Below, piece after piece: positions 62,270 to 64,000 of a stretch of DNA of 64,000 nt. The position numbers and the translations under genes were made by a program. The notes beneath the pieces are model-generated. The model had not been told where the DNA came from, did not search any database, and saw only the letters and a program-made list of their open reading frames with translations. The DNA lies in assembly GCF_006345805.1 (NCBI RefSeq), contig NC_042998.1, positions 101,804,001 through 101,868,000 on the forward strand, read 5' to 3'. This DNA is from Octopus sinensis. Its lineage: Eukaryota. Positions within the stretch are counted from its first letter, which is position 1. The number at the start of each line of letters is the position of its first letter.

Positions 62270-63990
62270 AGTGTGGCTATAACAATGTCTTCTAGTGGTT
62301 CCATACTTTTTGAAATTAATCTCCAAAATGTAGTCTGCATGACCGATATTTTTTTCGATGGAATGTATTGCATTTTAAAATTATTATTTAGTAATATTAC
62401 ACTCAAATGTTTTTTTCCCTTTCGCTGTATGAATCGGTAACCCTTTTTAGGCCCATAAACCGAAACCAAAGGTGTATGGTCCGTTTACAATGAAAAACTT
62501 ATGCCATGCAGAAACCTGTGAAATTTTTTAATCCTTTTCAACTTGACTATATCGCTTCTCTGTCGCTATTAGCGAGTGCGAAATATGAACAACTGGTTTT
62601 GTACTTCCGTCTTCGTATTTATGTAATAGAATTGCATCCAATCCGTGCTCGGAGCCATCAGACTCTACAGTGATGTTCATTTCGGGATGGCAATGTGCTA
62701 ACGGCAAGTTTGATAGAATTGTTATCCTTTCTTCAAAAATGTTCTGGCATTTACTGGACCATTTCATCTTGTTTTTAATGAGTCGTTCAATGGAGCTCTT
62801 AACTTGTGCATATTAGGAATGTAGCTTTGGTAATAGTTTCACAACTCAAGAAATGCTTATAAATTTGGAATATTTGTTGGCGTAGGCATATTCATTATTG
62901 CATCTGCTCTCGACGGGTCAGGATGTCTACCACTTTTTATCAATTATTTGCCCTAAGTACTTAATTTTTTGTAGATAGAATTCGCATTTTTCTTCGCTCA
63001 AGGTGACCCCAAAAACTTCCATTTCCTTAAACATAGCTTTCATGTGTTTCACATGCAGTTCACGAGAATTAGTCTTGATAAAAATATCATCCAAGTACTG
63101 GATAGAAAATTCACAATAGGATAACATAGTATCCATGATTTTCTGGAATATTGCTTGTGCCACAATCCAAAAGGTAGTCATTTGTATCTGTACAATCCCC
63201 TGTCAAATATTTTGAGCATTTTTCATTTATTTTAAATAAACGTCAGACAGATTTTAATCTGGAAAAGTTTTTTTCCAGCATTTAACTTTGAAAAAATGTC
63301 CTCTACAGTCGGGAATGGATAGTGGTATTTTTAAAGCAGCCGTACAATACTGTAGAGAAATCCGCACAGAAACTAATCTTATGATTCTTTTAAATACATA
63401 CCGTGGGTGCCACCCACTTTGGGTAATCCACCATTTTGATGACTCCACTCCTTTCGAGTCTGTCCAACTCTTCATTTAGGGTCTTAATTGCCGCGAACGT
63501 TAATTTTCTCTTTGCTTTAAATACAGATACAGCGTTTTCGCTTACTTGAAAATAGGCTTCCTTCTTTCTATATAAAACTACATCCTCTGATAACACTTGC
63601 AGGAACATTTTTTTCAACTTTTTTGTTCAGTTCTTCCGAAGAGTTGTTTTTAACGGGACAACCATTCATGTTATTGAAGTAAAGATTTATGGGGAGGTAC
63701 CATAAATCGAATATTTCTAACCAATTTGTCCCAAACTGATTGTATTATCGACTACGAATAATTTTGCTTCAAGTGTCTCTCCTCGAAATGTAACATCGAT
63801 ATATGTTTTACCCATGAAATGAAATTTATCGCCCGTTACATCACACGCTATTTTAGCTGTTTTACGTAATCTCGGTTTACCTATTCTTTTCCAAGTATCC
63901 GCATTTATAATCGAGATGTCATTACCTGTGTCTAACTGTAGTTTGGTATTCACATCCTTTATTTTCTTGTTTTCCGTCGCAATCACTCTC
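62270..63990 (-). mobile_element. Ty3/gypsy pol relic (protease, RT, RNase H)
   Basis: LQLDTGNDISII (protease), FKAKRKLTFAA..WVAPTVC, AIFQKIMDTML..QYLDDIFI..KYLGQII, ESDGSEHGLDAILLH..ATEKRYSQVEK. Confidence 0.9.
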
Positions 63991-64000
63991 CGCTGAAAAC

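Overview
AT-rich, microsatellite-dense eukaryotic DNA. It is most likely an octopus (cephalopod) intergenic or intronic region; this is inferred from the SINE/LINE families and composition. I could not identify a host protein-coding gene with confidence, and most listed ORFs are microsatellite translations or transposon fragments. Mobile elements dominate the window: about 10 R4/Dong-type (RLE) non-LTR fragments nested in (TAA)n-type tracts, Tx1/L1-clade pieces, three RTE copies (one nearly full length at 53.2-56.8 kb), two Ty3/gypsy relics, Penelope-like (PLE) fragments, two mariner relics, several tRNA-derived SINE families and several foldback/MITE-like elements. The ORF track misses the most notable signal, a set of type I hammerhead ribozyme (HHR) motifs in short non-coding units, several of them bounded by (TA)n. 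One has a fully canonical core (7259-7354). One lies inside a 358-bp direct-repeat-bounded, retrozyme-like unit (48940-48984). One carries a compensatory G3-C8 core swap (51621-51671, minus). One sits downstream of a tRNA-derived head (62147-62192), and there are several decayed relics. All RNA folds were derived by hand and no ribozyme activity has been shown.
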